DNA of 64,000 nt from Myxococcales bacterium (GTDB lineage Bacteria > Myxococcota_A > Polyangia > Polyangiales > DASUME01). The notes below the pieces were generated by a model. The model searched no databases, had not been told where the DNA came from, and worked only from the letters and a program-made list of their open reading frames with translations. The stretch spans positions 544,001-608,000 of the forward strand of contig JASGJH010000001.1 in the NCBI GenBank assembly GCA_047601445.1. Direction: 5' to 3'. A program made the position numbers and the translations under genes. Shown here in pieces: positions 20,971-31,310 of the stretch. Positions within the stretch are counted from its first letter, which is position 1. Each line of letters starts with the position of its first letter.

Positions 20971-22468
20971 ATGAAGACCCGCTATCTGCTCGCCATCGAC
21001 CAAGGGACCACTGGCAGCACCGCGCTCTTGGTGGGCGCCGACGGGGCCGTAATCGCCCGCGCGAATTCCGAGTTCCCACAACATTTTCCGCGTCCCGCCT
21101 GGGTCGAGCACGAGCCCGAGGAGATCCTGGGCAGCGTTCGCAAGGCCATCGGAGAGGTCTTCAGGGCCTCGAGGTTGGACCCCCATGACTGCGTGGCCAT
21201 CGGCATCACCAACCAGCGCGAGACCACCGTGCTGTGGGAGCGCAACAGCGGCAGGCCCGTGCACCGGGCCATCGTGTGGCAGGACCGTCGTACCACCGAG
21301 CGCTGCGCCGAGCTCAAGCAGCGTGGGCTCGAACCCTTGTTCCGTGAGCGCACCGGGCTGGTGCTCGACCCGTACTTCTCGGGCACCAAACTCGAGTGGT
21401 TGCTCGACAACGTGCCCTTCGCGCGCCAGCACGCCGAGAGCGGAGAACTCTGCTTCGGCACCATCGATAGCTTTCTGATCCACCGGCTCACTGGCGGCGT
21501 TCACGCCACGGATGTCACCAACGCGAGCCGCACGCTCCTGTTCGACATCCGTCGCTTGAGCTGGGACGACGAGCTGCTCGGGCACCTGCGCATCCCGCGC
21601 GCCGTGTTGCCGGACGTGAAAGGCTCCTCCGAGCTCTTCGGACACACCAAGGGCTTCGATCCGCTTCCCGACGGCATTCCAATCATGGGCGTAGCCGGTG
21701 ACCAGCACGCCGCGCTGTTCGGGCAGACCTGCTTCCAGGTGGGCGAGGGCAAGTGCACCTACGGCACCGGGGCGTTCTTCCTGGTCAACACCGGGACCGC
21801 GCCCGTGCGTTCCAAGCACGGCCTCTTGAGCACCGTGGCCTGGCGCATCGGAGACCGCACCGAATATGCCCTCGAAGGCAGCGCATTCATTGCTGGCGCC
21901 GCAGTGCAATGGCTGCGCGACGGCCTGGGCCTCATCAAGTCGGCCTCCGAGATCGAGGCTCTGGCGGCCCAGGTGGAAAGTGCGGGCGACGTGGTGTTCG
22001 TGCCGGCACTGGCGGGTCTAGGCGCGCCCTACTGGGATCCTGACGCACGTGGGCTGATCTCCGGGATTACACGGGACACCACCAAGGCCCACCTGGCGCG
22101 CGCGACCCTCGAGGGAATCGCGTTTCAAGTGGCCGATCTGGCTCACTCGATGGAAGCCGACATGGGACGACCACTGACCGGCTTGCGCGTGGACGGCGGC
22201 GCCAGTCAAAATGAAGATCCTAATGAAATTCCAAGGAGATATCCTGGGGGTTCAGGTGGACCGTCCAAGCTCGGTCGAGACGACGGGGCTGGGCGCGGCC
22301 TACCTGGCTGGACTAGCCTCGGGCATGTTCGAGAGTCGTGAGGCTATCGCTCGGGCCCACCGGATTGACTGGAGTTATAAACCTACTATGAGCCTGGAGA
22401 GGCGGGAGGCGCACAAGGTGCGCTGGGCCCGCGCCGTGGCGCGTGCCAGAAGCGAGCTTGGACTGTGA
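20971..22468 (+). CDS. glpK: Glycerol kinase, frameshifted at about 22210-22216 (likely sequencing error)
   Basis: [59 protein letters not shown]. The C-terminus (FQGDILG...[14 protein letters not shown]) continues in the +1 frame 22211..22468. Confidence 0.9.
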
Positions 22469-23244
22469 CTGCCGGAGAACAGATTGGCGTGGGGTCGGAG
22501 GGAGACGCTTCCGAAAAGCGGGAGGTTCCCGTCGCGTGGGAGGCACTCGAAGACGCCTTCGAGAACAACGCCCCGGAAGTCCATAGCTACCTTCACCTGA
22601 GCACGGGCGAGGTCATCCGGGTGGTGGACGGCATCGCCGACCCCGCGACCCATGCCCGCATCGCCACCGACGCGAACTACCTGCGGGTCGACCCTGTGTC
22701 TTCCCGCGAGCAGTACCGCTGGATGGAGCGCTTCATCGCCACCGTCGAGGAAGGGCCGTTGCGGCAGAAGCTGCTCCAGTCCATCGACGGCAAGGGCGCG
22801 TTCCGCCGCTTCAAAGACGTGCTGATGGCGTTCCCGGTCGATCGCGAGCGCTGGTTTACGTTTCGATCCGAGCGGCTACGCTCCTGCATGGAGGCGTGGC
22901 TCGACGCGCAAGGAGTGGTTTCCGTGGAGCGACCTGAGTGGGCGGTGCCTACGGCCGACGACGTACGGCCCCAGGTCGAGACGGTGGAGCGTCTGCCGGC
23001 CGCGGCTGCCCCGCGCCGCGCGCCTGCCCGAGCGAATGGCCCCGAAACACAGCGTCGACGAGCCATCGAGCTCCTCGAGCTGCTGCCTGCCAAGGACCTG
23101 GAGATGGCGCTGAACTTCCTGGAGTTCCTGCGTGAGCGTCGCCCGCTCGCGCGCGCCTCCGGGCGTGACCCGCGCGACAACGGCCACGATGACGACGACG
23201 GCGTGCTCGATGAGGAGCGCGACGAGGGGCTGCGAGGACGCTGA
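22465..23244 (+). CDS. UPF0158-family protein
   Basis: YLHLSTGEV, SREQYRWMERF, IDGKGAFRRFKDVL...ERWF; overlaps the glpK stop (GTGA). Confidence 0.82.
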   Translation: MTAGEQIGVGSEGDASEKREVPVAWEALEDAFENNAPEVHSYLHLSTGEVIRVVDGIADPATHARIATDANYLRVDPVSSREQYRWMERFIATVEEGPLRQKLLQSIDGKGAFRRFKDVLMAFPVDRERWFTFRSERLRSCMEAWLDAQGVVSVERPEWAVPTADDVRPQVETVERLPAAAAPRRAPARANGPETQRRRAIELLELLPAKDLEMALNFLEFLRERRPLARASGRDPRDNGHDDDDGVLDEERDEGLRGR

Positions 23245-23247
23245 GTC

Positions 23248-23967
23248 ATGGCATCACGTGATCGCGCGGGGTGGTTGCGCGCGCTCGCGGGGTCGGGCCT
23301 GCTGAGCTGCCTCTTGCTGATTGGGCCTGAGGCTACCCGGGCGGAGCTGCCCGAAGCGCTCGGCGCCATTCGCGTCGATGGTTTGGCAGCCGTAGTCGGC
23401 GGGCTCGCGCCAGGGAAAGGCGTGATCTCCATCTATCGCAGCGACGTGGAGCTGCGCGCGCGCCTCTCGATGCTGCGCGCCGGCGCCGACCCGGAGACGG
23501 CACTCGGACCTCTTCCGGCCTCGCTGCTCTCCGCCAGCCTCGATGAACTCGTGGGCGAGGCCTTGGTCGCCTCGGAGGCGGCGCGCCTGAGCTTGGCGAA
23601 GCCCGGTCGCGAGCAGATCCTCGGCGAGCGTCAACGCTTCGCCCTGGGCGTCGGAGGGGAGGCTCAACTGCAGAGCTTTGCGCGCGCGCTCGGGGTCACG
23701 GACGGCGAACTGGGGCGCATCGTGGAGCGCAAGGCCGTGGTGAGTGGCTTCCTGGCGGCCAACCTCGAGGGCACGCTCGACCTCTCACCGAGCGAGATCG
23801 AGAAGGCTTACGCGGAGCAGGAGCATCCTTTCGGGGATCAGCCGCTCGAGCAAGTGCGTGATCAGCTGCGCGCCTGGTTGATCCAGCGTCGCGTGCAGGC
23901 CGCCGTGGGGCGCTGGGTGGAGAGCTTGCGCCAGCGCACGCCTTCGAAGCGCCTGGTCACCTACTGA
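23248..23967 (+). CDS. Exported protein, SurA-N-like helical domain
   Basis: Signal peptide; VDGLAAVV...IYRSDVE, LDELVGEAL and terminal WVESLRQR resemble the SurA/PrsA chaperone core without a PPIase domain. Confidence 0.6.
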   Translation: MASRDRAGWLRALAGSGLLSCLLLIGPEATRAELPEALGAIRVDGLAAVVGGLAPGKGVISIYRSDVELRARLSMLRAGADPETALGPLPASLLSASLDELVGEALVASEAARLSLAKPGREQILGERQRFALGVGGEAQLQSFARALGVTDGELGRIVERKAVVSGFLAANLEGTLDLSPSEIEKAYAEQEHPFGDQPLEQVRDQLRAWLIQRRVQAAVGRWVESLRQRTPSKRLVTY

Positions 23968-23979
23968 GCAGGTCACGAC

Positions 23980-24708
23980 TCAGTTGCGAACGTCTTTTGC
24001 AGGCTCGCGCGCCGAGCTGCGCGCTTCGACGTAGTCCACGACGCGGTACGGCGCGTGGTCCAGGTGAAAGTGATTGTGGTGGCCCGGATAGCCGGGCCCG
24101 AGCAGCACGTGAAATACCTCGGGGCGTTCGGCGATCTTGCGCGCCAGGTCATGCAGGAAGTCCGAGTGGGCCTGTTGATTGCCACTCGCGCTCCAGTGGC
24201 TATCCACGCGCACCTTGAGCGCGCCGCGCAGCTTGGCGGGCAAGCTCGCGTAGCGTGGACTCTTGCGGGGCAACGCGCCGAAGTCGAAGCCCGCGATGTC
24301 GATGGCGTTGCCGAGCGCGTGCTCGCTGACCCAGCTCGGATAGCGCCGCATGACGCGGCAGTTGTAGGTTCCCAGGTGAACGATGCGTTGAGGCTCGCGG
24401 CCGTAGTGCGCCAGGGCGACCTCGCTTACCAAGGCTTCGAATGCCGCGAGCTGCGCCTGAAAGGCCGGATGAATGCGCATGGGCTTCTGGTACTTCAGCC
24501 GAGCGCCACGGTAGTTCACGAGCGGCACGTCTCCGCTCTGGCAGGGCAGGGGAGAACCTGGCTCGAGCACCCGCGGGATGTCGTCGAGCGGGTACGACGG
24601 CCCCGCGTCGCTTCCCGCCTGGCCCTCCTTGGCGCGCGCGGGGGACCCGAAACCGCAGCTGATGCCGAGACACAACAAGCCCAACCACACCCAGGGACGG
24701 CGCGCCAT
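23980..24708 (-). CDS. Extensin-like C-terminal family protein (M15-like metallopeptidase motifs)
   Basis: GTYNCR, SEHALGNAIDIAGF, LGPGYPGHHNHFHLD; N-terminal signal peptide. Confidence 0.8.
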   Translation of the reverse strand: MARRPWVWLGLLCLGISCGFGSPARAKEGQAGSDAGPSYPLDDIPRVLEPGSPLPCQSGDVPLVNYRGARLKYQKPMRIHPAFQAQLAAFEALVSEVALAHYGREPQRIVHLGTYNCRVMRRYPSWVSEHALGNAIDIAGFDFGALPRKSPRYASLPAKLRGALKVRVDSHWSASGNQQAHSDFLHDLARKIAERPEVFHVLLGPGYPGHHNHFHLDHAPYRVVDYVEARSSAREPAKDVRN

Positions 24709-24776
24709 GCAGTCTCAGACGTGCGAGCTGGGAAAACGATCCACGTGCTGGCTCCCGCGGCGGCCAACGCGCGCGT

Positions 24777-25298
24777 TTACGACTCGGCGGTGAGCCCCCG
24801 CACATAGCGTCGAAAGTTCTCGACGTAGTGCTCCGCCGACAGGTGCAGGGCCGTGCGCTCGTTGTCGCTCAACTGACGGACGACCTTGCCAGGTGTCCCC
24901 ATCACCAGGGACCCATCGGGGATCTCCTTGCCCTCGGGGATCAAGGAGTTGGCCCCGATGATGCAATGGCTGCCGATCTTGGCCCGGTTGAGCACCACCG
25001 CGTTGATGCCGATCAGGCTGTGATCACCGACGATGCAGCCGTGCAGCATCACCTTGTGTCCGACGGTCACGCCGCGTCCCAGGGTCAACGGGACGCCGAG
25101 ATCCGTGTGCAGCACCGAGCCATCTTGGATGTTCGTACGCTCACCGATCACGATGGGATCGTTGTCACCGCGGATCACCACGTTGAACCACACGCTGGAG
25201 CAGTCGTGCAGGACGACCGAGCCGATTACGGTGGCGTTGGGGGCGACGAACGTCTCGCCGAGACGCTGTACCCGCCTGTCTTCGAGACGGTAAATCAT
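24777..25298 (-). CDS. Gamma carbonic anhydrase family protein
   Basis: [31 protein letters not shown] hexapeptide repeats; start at MIYRLED. Confidence 0.92.
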   Translation of the reverse strand: MIYRLEDRRVQRLGETFVAPNATVIGSVVLHDCSSVWFNVVIRGDNDPIVIGERTNIQDGSVLHTDLGVPLTLGRGVTVGHKVMLHGCIVGDHSLIGINAVVLNRAKIGSHCIIGANSLIPEGKEIPDGSLVMGTPGKVVRQLSDNERTALHLSAEHYVENFRRYVRGLTAES

Positions 25299-25371
25299 GG
25301 CTGCGACATACCATGTGTGCCGGGCCCCGACCGCTCTTGCCAAGCCCGGGCCAGCGACGTAGAGGATCTAG

Positions 25372-26030
25372 GTGACGCCCCCGGCACCCATCCGCATCGT
25401 TCGAGCACCGCGGGACAAGGGTGGGCGCTACCACCATGGCGACCTGCGGCGCGCCTTGGTCGAAGCTGCGCTCGAGTTGGTGCACCAGGCTGGTCCGGCT
25501 GGCATCACCCTGCGCGAAGCCGCACGGCGGGCCGGGGTGACGCACGCAGCACCCTACCGCCACTTTGCGGACAAGGAGTCGTTGCTTGCCGCGGTGGCCG
25601 AAGAAGGGTTCATCCAGCTGCGAGGGAAGATGGAGCTGTCCACCCAGGGGGTCTCCGGGCTCGCGGCCATCGAGGCGATCGGCCTTGCGTACGTGCACTT
25701 CGCGCAGGAGAACCCGTCGCACTTTCGCGTGATGTTCGGGGCCGAATTGGGGGACAAGCGACGCCACCCGAGCTTGCTCGAGGCCGATCAGGCCGTGTTC
25801 GACGTGCTGCGTGAGGCCATCGCCAGCGCGCAGCGAGCCCTCGAGCTGCCGGCCGGAGAGCCTGCCAGCATGGGCATGGTGGCCTGGTCCATGTTGCACG
25901 GGGTGGCGGCGATGGTGGTCGATGGGCAGCTGGCCAGGGCCGGTGTGCGGGGGAAAAAGTGGGCGAGTACGCGACGCGGGTCTTGCGCACGGCCGTCGCC
26001 GGGCTGAAGCAGTGGTCGGTGATCCGATGA
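25372..26030 (+). CDS. TetR/AcrR regulator (WHG-type C-terminal domain), probable -1 frameshift at G5A5 run 25949-25958
   Basis: YHHGDLRRAL, LREAARRAGVTHAAPYRHFADKESL, WSMLHG. The -1 frame gives EKVGEYATRVLRTAVAGLKQ..., ending in ATGA overlap with the next gene. Confidence 0.85.
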
Positions 26031-26620
26031 GGCCAGCCTGGGGGAGGGGTCTGCGAGGCGCGTGTCTGATGGTGGCGTGGGCGGCGTGCGCGCTTGGCTG
26101 TGGCTCGAGCCTGCGAGCGCCCAAGCCGGCGGTCTTGCCCGTCGACCAGACGGCACGCCGGGAGAGCCTGGACCAGCTGGCGCGCGCGCTTTTCGACGCC
26201 ATCCGGGCAGACGCACCCGAGCAGGCGCTGGCTCCGGCCGCCGAGCTCGACGAGCTTCTGCCCAGCCCGACCCGGACCCGCATCGAGCAAGAACGCAGGC
26301 GCCCGATCCACCAAGCCGCCAGCGTGCCCGGTCATCCGGCGGTCTGGAGCGCTGCTTCGTACGCAGGATTCTGCGCCCAGGGGGCCCGTGAAGAGCCTGC
26401 TGGTGGGGCGCTGGGGCTCGGCGGGGCGGCCTGGCTGCTCGACCGCCTGCTGGTAGTCGCGGATCTTGGTAACGGGCGCTCGGCCTCCTGGGTGGAGGGG
26501 CGCTTCCTCTTTACGGACCAGGGCTGGAGGGCACTTACGTTGAGTCGCGTAGAGACTCCGCGGGCGGGTCATTCCGATCTGGACCTGGCCCCCTGTGATG
26601 TGGAGCAAGGCATCCGGTAG
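26027..26620 (+). CDS. Hypothetical lipoprotein
   Basis: ATG at 26027; CALGC lipobox; body reads as a globular domain. Confidence 0.65.
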   Translation: MRPAWGRGLRGACLMVAWAACALGCGSSLRAPKPAVLPVDQTARRESLDQLARALFDAIRADAPEQALAPAAELDELLPSPTRTRIEQERRRPIHQAASVPGHPAVWSAASYAGFCAQGAREEPAGGALGLGGAAWLLDRLLVVADLGNGRSASWVEGRFLFTDQGWRALTLSRVETPRAGHSDLDLAPCDVEQGIR

Positions 26621-26636
26621 CCCCAATATATTGTGG
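26621..26636. promoter_or_regulatory. NrdR-box-like palindrome upstream of smc
   Basis: CCCCAATATATTGTGG matches the core CwAtATaTwG of the NrdR box; AT-rich palindrome in a GC-rich context. Confidence 0.55.
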
Positions 26637-26806
26637 ATGTCACGCCCTGACCCCTACCGTTAATCGTGGAAATGATTGCAATCGCGAAAAGCGGCTGATA
26701 ACTGGGGACGACCAGCGCTGGGGCCCGTTGGGCCGGCTGGGACGTAGGGCGCGGGCCGCCATCTGGGGTCGGGAAGAGCCGACAGCGGCATCACAAGGAT
26801 TGGACG

Positions 26807-29800
26807 ATGAAGCTCAAGACGCTCGAGATCTGCGGGTTCAAGTCGTTCGTGGACAAGACCGTCGTGCGGTTCGACCACGAGATCACCGGCGTGGTGGGAC
26901 CCAATGGCTGCGGCAAGTCCAACATCGTCGACGCCATCCGCTGGGCCATGGGCGAACAGTCCGCCAAGCACCTGCGCGGCAAGCACATGGACGACGTGAT
27001 CTTCAACGGCTCGGAGGCGCGTGGTCCCCACAGCTTCGCCGAGGTCACGATCACGTTCGATAACTCCGACGGTGCGGCCCCCCTCGAGTTCAAGGATTAC
27101 GCCGAGATCGCCGTGACCCGCCGGCTCACGCGCGACGGCGACAGCAGCTACCTGATCAACAAGGTGCCGGTGCGTCTGATGGACGTCACCGCGCTGTTCC
27201 TCGGCACCGGCGTCGGCACCAAGGCCTATTCGATTATCGAGCAGGGCCGCATCGGCTTGATCGTCACGGCCAAGCCCGAAGAGCGCCGCCATCTCATCGA
27301 AGAGGCCGCGGGCATCACCAAGTTCAAGGCCCACAAGCAGAAGGCCGAGCGCAAGATGGAGCAGACGCGGCAGAACCTGCTGCGCGTCAGCGACATCCTC
27401 GGCGAGCTCGACAAGAGTCTGGCCTCGCTCAAGCGGCAGGCGCAAAAGGCCGAGCGCTACAAGGCTTACCGCGACGAGCAGCGCGATCTGGAGTTGTGGG
27501 TCGGCAGCCATCGCTACCTCGAGCTACACGCCACGCGTGGTGCCCTGCTCGGCCAGCTCGCCGGGGCCCAAGAGGAGGCCGACGGCCTGCGCGTCAGCTT
27601 GAGTGCCCAGGAGACCGAGATCGAAGCCGATCGACTGCTCCTGTCCTCGGAAGAGATGGCCGTACAAGAGGCCACCTCCGTGGCTCACCAGCTCGACAAC
27701 GCAGTGCGGCTGCTCGAGGCGCAGGTGAAGCACAACTCGGAGCGCTTGGCGCAGCTTCGTCACGGCGAAGCGGCGGCGGAGCGCGAGTTGGCCGAGATCA
27801 CCAACCAGCGCGAGCGCTTCAGCGCCGAGAAGGTGCAGCTCGAGGAAAGCCTGGCAGAGCTCGAAGAGGTCGCCTCCGCGGAGGGCGCGGTGCTCGAGCG
27901 CGAGAGTGAACTCTTGGAGCAGCGCAAGCGGGCTGCCCAGGACGCTGATCAGGCCATGAACGTGGGTCGGTCCCGCGTGACCGAGGCGGCCACGCGCATC
28001 GCGCGAGCCGAGGCGGTCCTGAGCGGCTTCGAGCGTCGACGCGGAGAGGCCTTTCAGCGCCTCGAGCGCCTGCGCAGCGAGCGCGAGACCCTCGAGATGC
28101 GCAGCATGGAGCTGTCCGAGCAGACCCGCGAGCTGGCGGCGCGTCTGGACGGGCTGCGTGGCGACAAGCAGACCACAGTGGAGCGCAAGGGCGAGCTCGA
28201 GCGGGAGCTGGACCAGGCCCGCAAGGACGTGCGCGAGAGCGAAGTGCGCACCGACGAGGTGCGTTCGGAGCTGGCGGACAAGCGGTCGCGCCTGCGCTCG
28301 CTGGAGCAGATTCACCAGCGCTTCGAGGGCGTGGGGGCCGGCGTCCGCGCCTTGATGCAGCGAGCCCAGAACGACGCGTCGCTGCGCGTGGTCGGCATGC
28401 TCGCCGATCGCCTGGACTGCCCTTCGGAGCACACGCAGGCCTTGGCCGGTGCGCTCGGTGAACGCCTCCAGTACGTGGTGGTCGAAGACCTGGCGGCGGG
28501 TACCCAGGCCATCCAAACCTTGCGCGATCAGAAGAAGGGCCGCGCCACGGTGATCTCGCGCTCGCCGCGCGCGCGCACGCTCGCCGCGCGCGCGCCGCTG
28601 GGGGAGCCTGGCGTCATCGGATTGCTCGCGGAGTTGGTGCGCTACGCCAGCGAAGACGCGAACCTGGTGCACAATCTGCTCGGCGACGTCCTCGTGGTGG
28701 AGGACCTGGCGACGGCCCAGCGCGTCTACGAGCAGGCGGGCTTCGACGGCACCTTGGTCACGCGCCAGGGTGAGGTGCTCGGCGCGGACGGACGGCTCAC
28801 GGGCGGTTCCGGCGAAGACGCGGGCGCCCACATGCTCGAGGTCAAGCGCGAGATTCGCGAGCTCGGACCCGTGGTGGCGCGGCTCGAACAGGAGATGGCC
28901 AGCGCCCAGGCGCGCGTCAGCGAGTTGCGCGCCTCCATCGCGCGTCGTCAGGCCGAGCTCGACGCGGCCCGCACCGAAGGCCACGACGCCGAGCTCGCCA
29001 TGGTGCGCGCCGAGAAGGACCTCAAGCGCGCCGAGGAAGAGCTCGCCCGTGCCCGCGATCGCAGCGAGCAGCTGGCCTACGAGACCGACGATCTTTCGTC
29101 GAGCCTGGCCGAGGCGTCCAGCGAGGAGACCGAGGCCCGCGGGGAGATCGCTTCGGCCAAGGGCGCGCGTGAACAGGCCGAGAACGACCTGGCTGGCTTC
29201 GAGCAGGTAAGCCAGGAGCGTCGCCGCTTGGTGGAGGCCCAGGCCACCATCGTGACCGAGATTCGCGTGCGCGCCGCCGAAGCGCGTCAGCGCGTGCAGA
29301 GCGACCGCGTGGCCCTCGACCGCGTCGAGCGCGGCTTGGCCGATTTGTCCACGCGCCTCACGCGCGTCGAGCGCGAGCTCGTGGATACGGTGGAGAAGCA
29401 GGGCCAGACGGCCGCACAAATCGTGGTCGATCGCGAGTCGCTGAGCGAGCGCGTGGGCGAGGCCAAGCAGGCCGCCGACACGCTCTCGGAGGCGCGCGCC
29501 GCCTACGAAGAAAAGAAGCTCTTGCTGGGCGGTCGGGAGGCGCAGCTCAAGGAACTGCGCGCGCGTATCGACAGCGCCGCGGGCGTGGCCAACCAGCTTA
29601 CGCTCAAGGAGCGTCAGGCCCAGATGTCGCTGGATCGCTTGATCGAGCAGATTCAGGAGCGCCACCGCACCGACGTCCGCTTGGTACTCACCGAGTTCCA
29701 CATTCGGGAGCTTCCCGACGCCGCGACCACCGACCGCATCCAGGAGCTCGATCGTCTGCTCGAGCGTATGGGGCCCATCAACCTCACGGCTATCGAGGAG

Positions 29801-30412
29801 TACGAGGAGCAGTCCAAGCGCTACGAGTACTTGAGCGGCCAGAAGAAGGACCTCGAGACGGCGCTCGACCAGCTCGACGCTGCCATCCGCCAGATGAACC
29901 GCGAGAGCAAGAAGCTCTTCCGCGACACCTTCGAGTCCGTGGCGGCGCGCTTCTCCCAGATCTTCCCGAAGATGTTCGGCGGCGGTAGTGCGCAGCTGAA
30001 GCTCACCAATCCCGATGACATGCTGGAGACCGGCGTGGAGATCATCGCGCAGCCGCCGGGCAAGCGCGTGGGGGCCATGGAGCTCCTGAGCGGCGGTGAG
30101 AAGGCTCTCACTGCGGTGTCGTTGATCTTCGCGCTCTTCCAGCACAAGCCGAGCCCGTTCTGCTTGCTCGACGAGGTGGACGCGCCGCTCGACGAGGCGA
30201 ACATCGGGCGCTTCGCCGAGGCCATTCGCTCGATGACCGCGCACTCGCAGTTCATCGTGATCACGCACTCCAAGCGCACCATGGAAATCGCCGATGTGCT
30301 GTACGGCGTGACCATGGAAAGGCCCGGCATCTCGACGCTGGTGTCCGTGGAGCTGCGTCAGGGTTCCCAGAAGCGCTCGGCCGACCCGCGCAACGAAGCT
30401 GCGGTCGCTTGA
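26807..30412 (+). CDS. smc: Chromosome segregation protein SMC
   Basis: GFKSF, GPNGCGKSN Walker A, IIEQG Q-loop, coiled coils, hinge (ALGERLQYVVV, GRAT, TGG), LSGGEK signature, LLDEVDAPLD, FIVITH. Confidence 0.97.
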   Translation: MKLKTLEICGFKSFVDKTVVRFDHEITGVVGPNGCGKSNIVDAIRWAMGEQSAKHLRGKHMDDVIFNGSEARGPHSFAEVTITFDNSDGAAPLEFKDYAEIAVTRRLTRDGDSSYLINKVPVRLMDVTALFLGTGVGTKAYSIIEQGRIGLIVTAKPEERRHLIEEAAGITKFKAHKQKAERKMEQTRQNLLRVSDILGELDKSLASLKRQAQKAERYKAYRDEQRDLELWVGSHRYLELHATRGALLGQLAGAQEEADGLRVSLSAQETEIEADRLLLSSEEMAVQEATSVAHQLDNAVRLLEAQVKHNSERLAQLRHGEAAAERELAEITNQRERFSAEKVQLEESLAELEEVASAEGAVLERESELLEQRKRAAQDADQAMNVGRSRVTEAATRIARAEAVLSGFERRRGEAFQRLERLRSERETLEMRSMELSEQTRELAARLDGLRGDKQTTVERKGELERELDQARKDVRESEVRTDEVRSELADKRSRLRSLEQIHQRFEGVGAGVRALMQRAQNDASLRVVGMLADRLDCPSEHTQALAGALGERLQYVVVEDLAAGTQAIQTLRDQKKGRATVISRSPRARTLAARAPLGEPGVIGLLAELVRYASEDANLVHNLLGDVLVVEDLATAQRVYEQAGFDGTLVTRQGEVLGADGRLTGGSGEDAGAHMLEVKREIRELGPVVARLEQEMASAQARVSELRASIARRQAELDAARTEGHDAELAMVRAEKDLKRAEEELARARDRSEQLAYETDDLSSSLAEASSEETEARGEIASAKGAREQAENDLAGFEQVSQERRRLVEAQATIVTEIRVRAAEARQRVQSDRVALDRVERGLADLSTRLTRVERELVDTVEKQGQTAAQIVVDRESLSERVGEAKQAADTLSEARAAYEEKKLLLGGREAQLKELRARIDSAAGVANQLTLKERQAQMSLDRLIEQIQERHRTDVRLVLTEFHIRELPDAATTDRIQELDRLLERMGPINLTAIEEYEEQSKRYEYLSGQKKDLETALDQLDAAIRQMNRESKKLFRDTFESVAARFSQIFPKMFGGGSAQLKLTNPDDMLETGVEIIAQPPGKRVGAMELLSGGEKALTAVSLIFALFQHKPSPFCLLDEVDAPLDEANIGRFAEAIRSMTAHSQFIVITHSKRTMEIADVLYGVTMERPGISTLVSVELRQGSQKRSADPRNEAAVA

Positions 30413-30421
30413 ACACGGCCG

Positions 30422-30454
30422 CGAGCTGAGCGCAGGCTCGAGCTGAGCACAGGC
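30422..30454. repeat. Short direct repeat after the smc stop
   Basis: CGAGCTGAGCGCAGGC / CGAGCTGAGCACAGGC, 17-nt period. Confidence 0.6.
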
Positions 30455-30651
30455 CAACCCGCGCAACGAGCCGCAGCGGCCGCCCGAAGGCGCGCCAAAG
30501 CTGCGTGGACGCCCTACGGGGTAGGTCTGCGTGCGCCGAAAATGGGCTTGTTTGCCAGAAAATTCTCCCCTAGCGTCATGCGGGGCGCGGAAGGGGGTCG
30601 ACCGCGTGCCCGTACATCCGTTGGACACTTCCATCATGCGAGGTTGCTTCG

Positions 30652-31218
30652 ATGCGGTCTTTCTCTCGGTTCGGGTTTGGTTTGATGGCTGTCGCGGCAC
30701 TTGGGGCGGGCGCCTGCGGAGGCGATGACGACGGCGGCAGCTCGAGCGTGTCCTCTGGCACCAAGATCAGTGATCTCTCGGACGCCCAAGAAATGACGCT
30801 CTGCAAGGAAATCGCCGACCGCATCAAGCCGCTCAACGACGGACTCAGCGACTTCTCTTGCATCATCGAGGGCCTCACGGCTGAGTCCCAGGGCCTCGGC
30901 ATGTGCGAGGACGTCGCCAACACGTGCAAGAGCCAGCCTGTCGAGGAGGCGGATGCCGGCACAGCTACGGGCGACATCGATTGCACGATGAGCGACGGTT
31001 CGACGGCCGACTGCAACGCTACGGTCGGCGAGTTCCGCGCGTGCATCGATGCGCAGGTCAAACAAGCGCAGACTCTGTTCGGAAGCATCACCTGCGACAG
31101 TGACCCCAACGAGCTCAACAACACTCAGACGCCACCCACTCCCGCGGAGTGCAAGGTGCTCGAGAGCAAGTGTCCGGCCTTCATGAACGAGGTAGACACC
31201 GACATGGGCGGAGTTTGA
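30652..31218 (+). CDS. Cys-rich acidic lipoprotein
   Basis: LGAGACGGDDD lipobox; about 10 Cys, CNATVGEFRAC motif. Confidence 0.78.
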   Translation: MRSFSRFGFGLMAVAALGAGACGGDDDGGSSSVSSGTKISDLSDAQEMTLCKEIADRIKPLNDGLSDFSCIIEGLTAESQGLGMCEDVANTCKSQPVEEADAGTATGDIDCTMSDGSTADCNATVGEFRACIDAQVKQAQTLFGSITCDSDPNELNNTQTPPTPAECKVLESKCPAFMNEVDTDMGGV

Positions 31219-31310
31219 GCGAACCCGCTGGGGCGCTTTGCGGAGCTCAGTGCACGCGCACGGGGCGCGCAGGTTTGCTCGCGCGCAGCACGCCCATTCA
31301 GAGTGCGCGA

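Noticed and set aside
26588..26670. Second NrdR box about 31-33 nt from the first
   Set aside because: Candidates on either side match only the outer C/GTGG positions; too weak to call.
26807..30412. SMC as a Wadjet/MksB or SbcC defence component
   Set aside because: Canonical SMC with hinge and standard head motifs; no jetA/B/D-like or sbcD neighbours.
27524..30700. 1058-aa antisense ORF (and similar: 1817..3589, 6283..8118, 38486..40258, 56109..58322, 58186..59841)
   Set aside because: Shadow ORFs in codon register opposite strongly GC3-biased real genes; no motifs; expected in high-GC DNA.
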